Assembly (NCBI GenBank): GCA_031362565.1 | Contig: JANLSU010000129.1 | Location: 1 to 25,321 of the forward strand | Length of the DNA: 25,321 nt | Direction: 5' to 3' | Source: a bacterium | GTDB taxonomy: Bacteria > Krumholzibacteriota > Krumholzibacteriia > G020349025 | Program-made: the position numbers and the translations under genes | In this document: piece after piece, positions 23,673-25,321 of the stretch | Numbering within the stretch: position 1 is the stretch's first letter | Layout of the letters: every line of letters starts with the position of its first letter | The notes under the pieces: generated by a model | Database searches by the model: none | What the model was told of the DNA's origin: nothing | The model's input: the letters and a program-made list of their open reading frames with translations, nothing else

Positions 23673-25321
23673 TCACGAGGCTTGACGCCCCGGCGCGTTC
23701 ACCCCGCCGCTCCGGCGCGTGGCGCTTCCCCGCCGCGCTCGCGTCTTCGCAGCGTCAGCCTCGCTCAACGCGGCCCCACGATTCGCCGCGTGCGCGGCAA
23801 TCGGCACCACGCGTTGCGGCGTCTCGCCGGCGATTTCAATCCGCTCCGCAACGACGCGTGTCGCACGTCCTTCGCGTTCCACGCGTCCATTCACGACCAC
23901 GAGGCGATCCGCGTCGTCCGAGTCCCACACCTCGCGCCGGGTTTCGGAAAACGGCCCCGGAAACACGACCACCTCGAACACACCCCACGGATCCTCGATC
24001 TCCAGAAACGCCATGCGCTCGCCTTGCCGCGTGCGGGTTTCGCGATGGCGACGCACGCGGCCCCCGGCCCGTACCGCAGCGCGTGGTGCCTCATCCGCCA
24101 AGTCGACCGAGCGCTGCATCCCGAGTGTCGTCCAGGTCGAACTCCGATGGAGCAAAGGATCCGAATGCAGCGCCACCCCGAGCGCTTCGCGTTCGAGCTC
24201 AATACGCTCGGCCAACGGCAGCTCCGCATCCGCCGCTTCGTGCTGCGGTTGCGGCACGAAATCGAACGCGAGCTGAGGCGATGTGGTGCGGGTCGCCTGC
24301 TCTGCGCGTTGCGCCACAGCTTCCAGGGCTTGGCGGACCGAAAGCCCTGCGCTGGCCAACGCCCCGGCCTTCGCCAGCGAGCCGAGCGCCAAATCGCTGA
24401 GACTTGCAACCCGCCGGCACAGATCCGCGACGGACCGGAACACACCGTTCTGTTCGCGGTCGCGAATCAGGCGTTCAGCGGCCGGCACCGTCATGCCATG
24501 CACGAGTCCAAGCCCGATGCGCACTCCTTTGCCTTCAACCGCGTGTGCCCACGCACTGTGGTTGACGTCCGCAGGCCAGAGCGGCACCCCGTGCGCCGTC
24601 GCATCCGCAACGATTTCGCGCAGCCACTCGTTACGGTCGCTGCGCGCGTTCAGCAGCGCCGCGGTGAAGGCCGGGCGATCCTGGGCGCGGACATATGCAC
24701 TCCAATAGGCAACGAGCGCCATACCCGTGGCATGAGCCCTGTCGAAGTCGAAATTCCTGAACCGCAGCAGCGCGTCGAAGACACCCTCCGCCTCCGCGAG
24801 TTCGAGACCGGTTTCGAGCGCCCCGCCCAGGAAACGCGACCGCTGGCGAGCCAGATCCCCGATCCGGCGCCGCTGCAACGTCTCCAGGAAGACCGCCGCA
24901 TCCTCGGCGGAATAGCCACCGATTTCGACCGCCACGCGCAGCACTTGCTCGGGATACAGGAGCAGGCCGCGCGATTGCGCCAGAAGCGGCGCGACCCGCA
25001 CCCGCAGCGTTTCACTGGCACCATCCGGCAGCGTCCAGACGCGGTCGAGGGCGGTCTCTTCGCGCGCACCGGCGCGTACCAGGCAAAGCACCGTCACCAG
25101 ATCCGCGAAGTTCGTGGGTCGCATGGCGCGCAGTGCCGATTGGGTGACGGCGCCATCGAACTGCGGAATACCCACCGTGTCGCCGTCGCCAAAGGCTTCC
25201 AGGGTCGCTGGGTCGTCGAGTGGCACATCGCGCAGGTCGAACGTGCCGGTGTGGTGCGCCGCGCGCCGGACGGAGTCCCCCACCACCGGTACGGCTCGCG
25301 TCGCAGCCAACACGGGACGCA
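23673..25321 (-). CDS. dnaE: DNA polymerase III alpha (DnaE)-like protein, C-terminal part, with degenerate catalytic motifs; 5' end outside the window
   Basis: DLRDVPLDD, GDTVGIPQF, RPTNFADL, LLLYPEQV, AY..AY, PADVNHS, VRIGLGLV.G (HhH), ERIELEREALG..LHSDPL, and OB fold GERMAFLEIEDPWG.FEVVVFP are colinear with DnaE; the frame is open to the window edge. Confidence 0.88.
   Translation of the reverse strand, partial: RPVLAATRAVPVVGDSVRRAAHHTGTFDLRDVPLDDPATLEAFGDGDTVGIPQFDGAVTQSALRAMRPTNFADLVTVLCLVRAGAREETALDRVWTLPDGASETLRVRVAPLLAQSRGLLLYPEQVLRVAVEIGGYSAEDAAVFLETLQRRRIGDLARQRSRFLGGALETGLELAEAEGVFDALLRFRNFDFDRAHATGMALVAYWSAYVRAQDRPAFTAALLNARSDRNEWLREIVADATAHGVPLWPADVNHSAWAHAVEGKGVRIGLGLVHGMTVPAAERLIRDREQNGVFRSVADLCRRVASLSDLALGSLAKAGALASAGLSVRQALEAVAQRAEQATRTTSPQLAFDFVPQPQHEAADAELPLAERIELEREALGVALHSDPLLHRSSTWTTLGMQRSVDLADEAPRAAVRAGGRVRRHRETRTRQGERMAFLEIEDPWGVFEVVVFPGPFSETRREVWDSDDADRLVVVNGRVEREGRATRVVAERIEIAGETPQRVVPIAAHAANRGAALSEADAAKTRARRGSATRRSGGVNAPGRQAS

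Noticed and set aside
23673..25321. Calling the gene a standard error-prone dnaE2/imuC because it is next to lexA
   Set aside because: DnaE2 keeps the catalytic KxD and the finger arginines and often ends in SRDF; none of these is seen, and no imuA/imuB is visible in the window.
1..25321. CRISPR arrays, tandem repeat arrays, IS elements
   Set aside because: No regularly spaced repeats, terminal inverted repeats or transposase/integrase motifs were seen on reading the window.

Overview
High-GC bacterial chromosomal segment, probably from a diderm organism since it encodes a TolC-family outer-membrane factor; the lineage cannot be assigned from sequence alone. It holds mostly housekeeping and envelope genes, and I found no integrase, transposase, CRISPR array or prophage. 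In order: the 5' end of a tolC-MFP-RND efflux operon (-), mutM (-), a small membrane protein (+), a PatA/PimA-like acyltransferase and GT4 pair (-), long-form ispG (+), a secreted unknown (+), oppABC without ATPase genes (-), an ALDH7-family dehydrogenase and an ArsB/NhaD-type transporter (+), an NTF2/SnoaL protein and fumC (-), a CxxCH lipoprotein (+), an orphan zinc-binding anti-sigma factor (-), a YvlD/holin-family protein and a 61-aa membrane protein (+), a 2,4-dienoyl-CoA reductase-like SDR (-), an alpha/beta hydrolase (+), and finally a minus-strand run dnaE-like > lexA > tRNA-Glu > DinB-family. The most striking observation is the DnaE-like gene cut by the right edge. Its frame is intact and it keeps the HhH region, a beta-clamp-binding-like motif and the OB fold, but every visible polymerase motif is degenerate, apparently including the third catalytic Asp (KxDFLGLR aligns to RPVLAATR). 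It is a candidate catalytically dead Pol III alpha paralogue next to lexA. All family calls come from motif recognition by eye; no searches were run.
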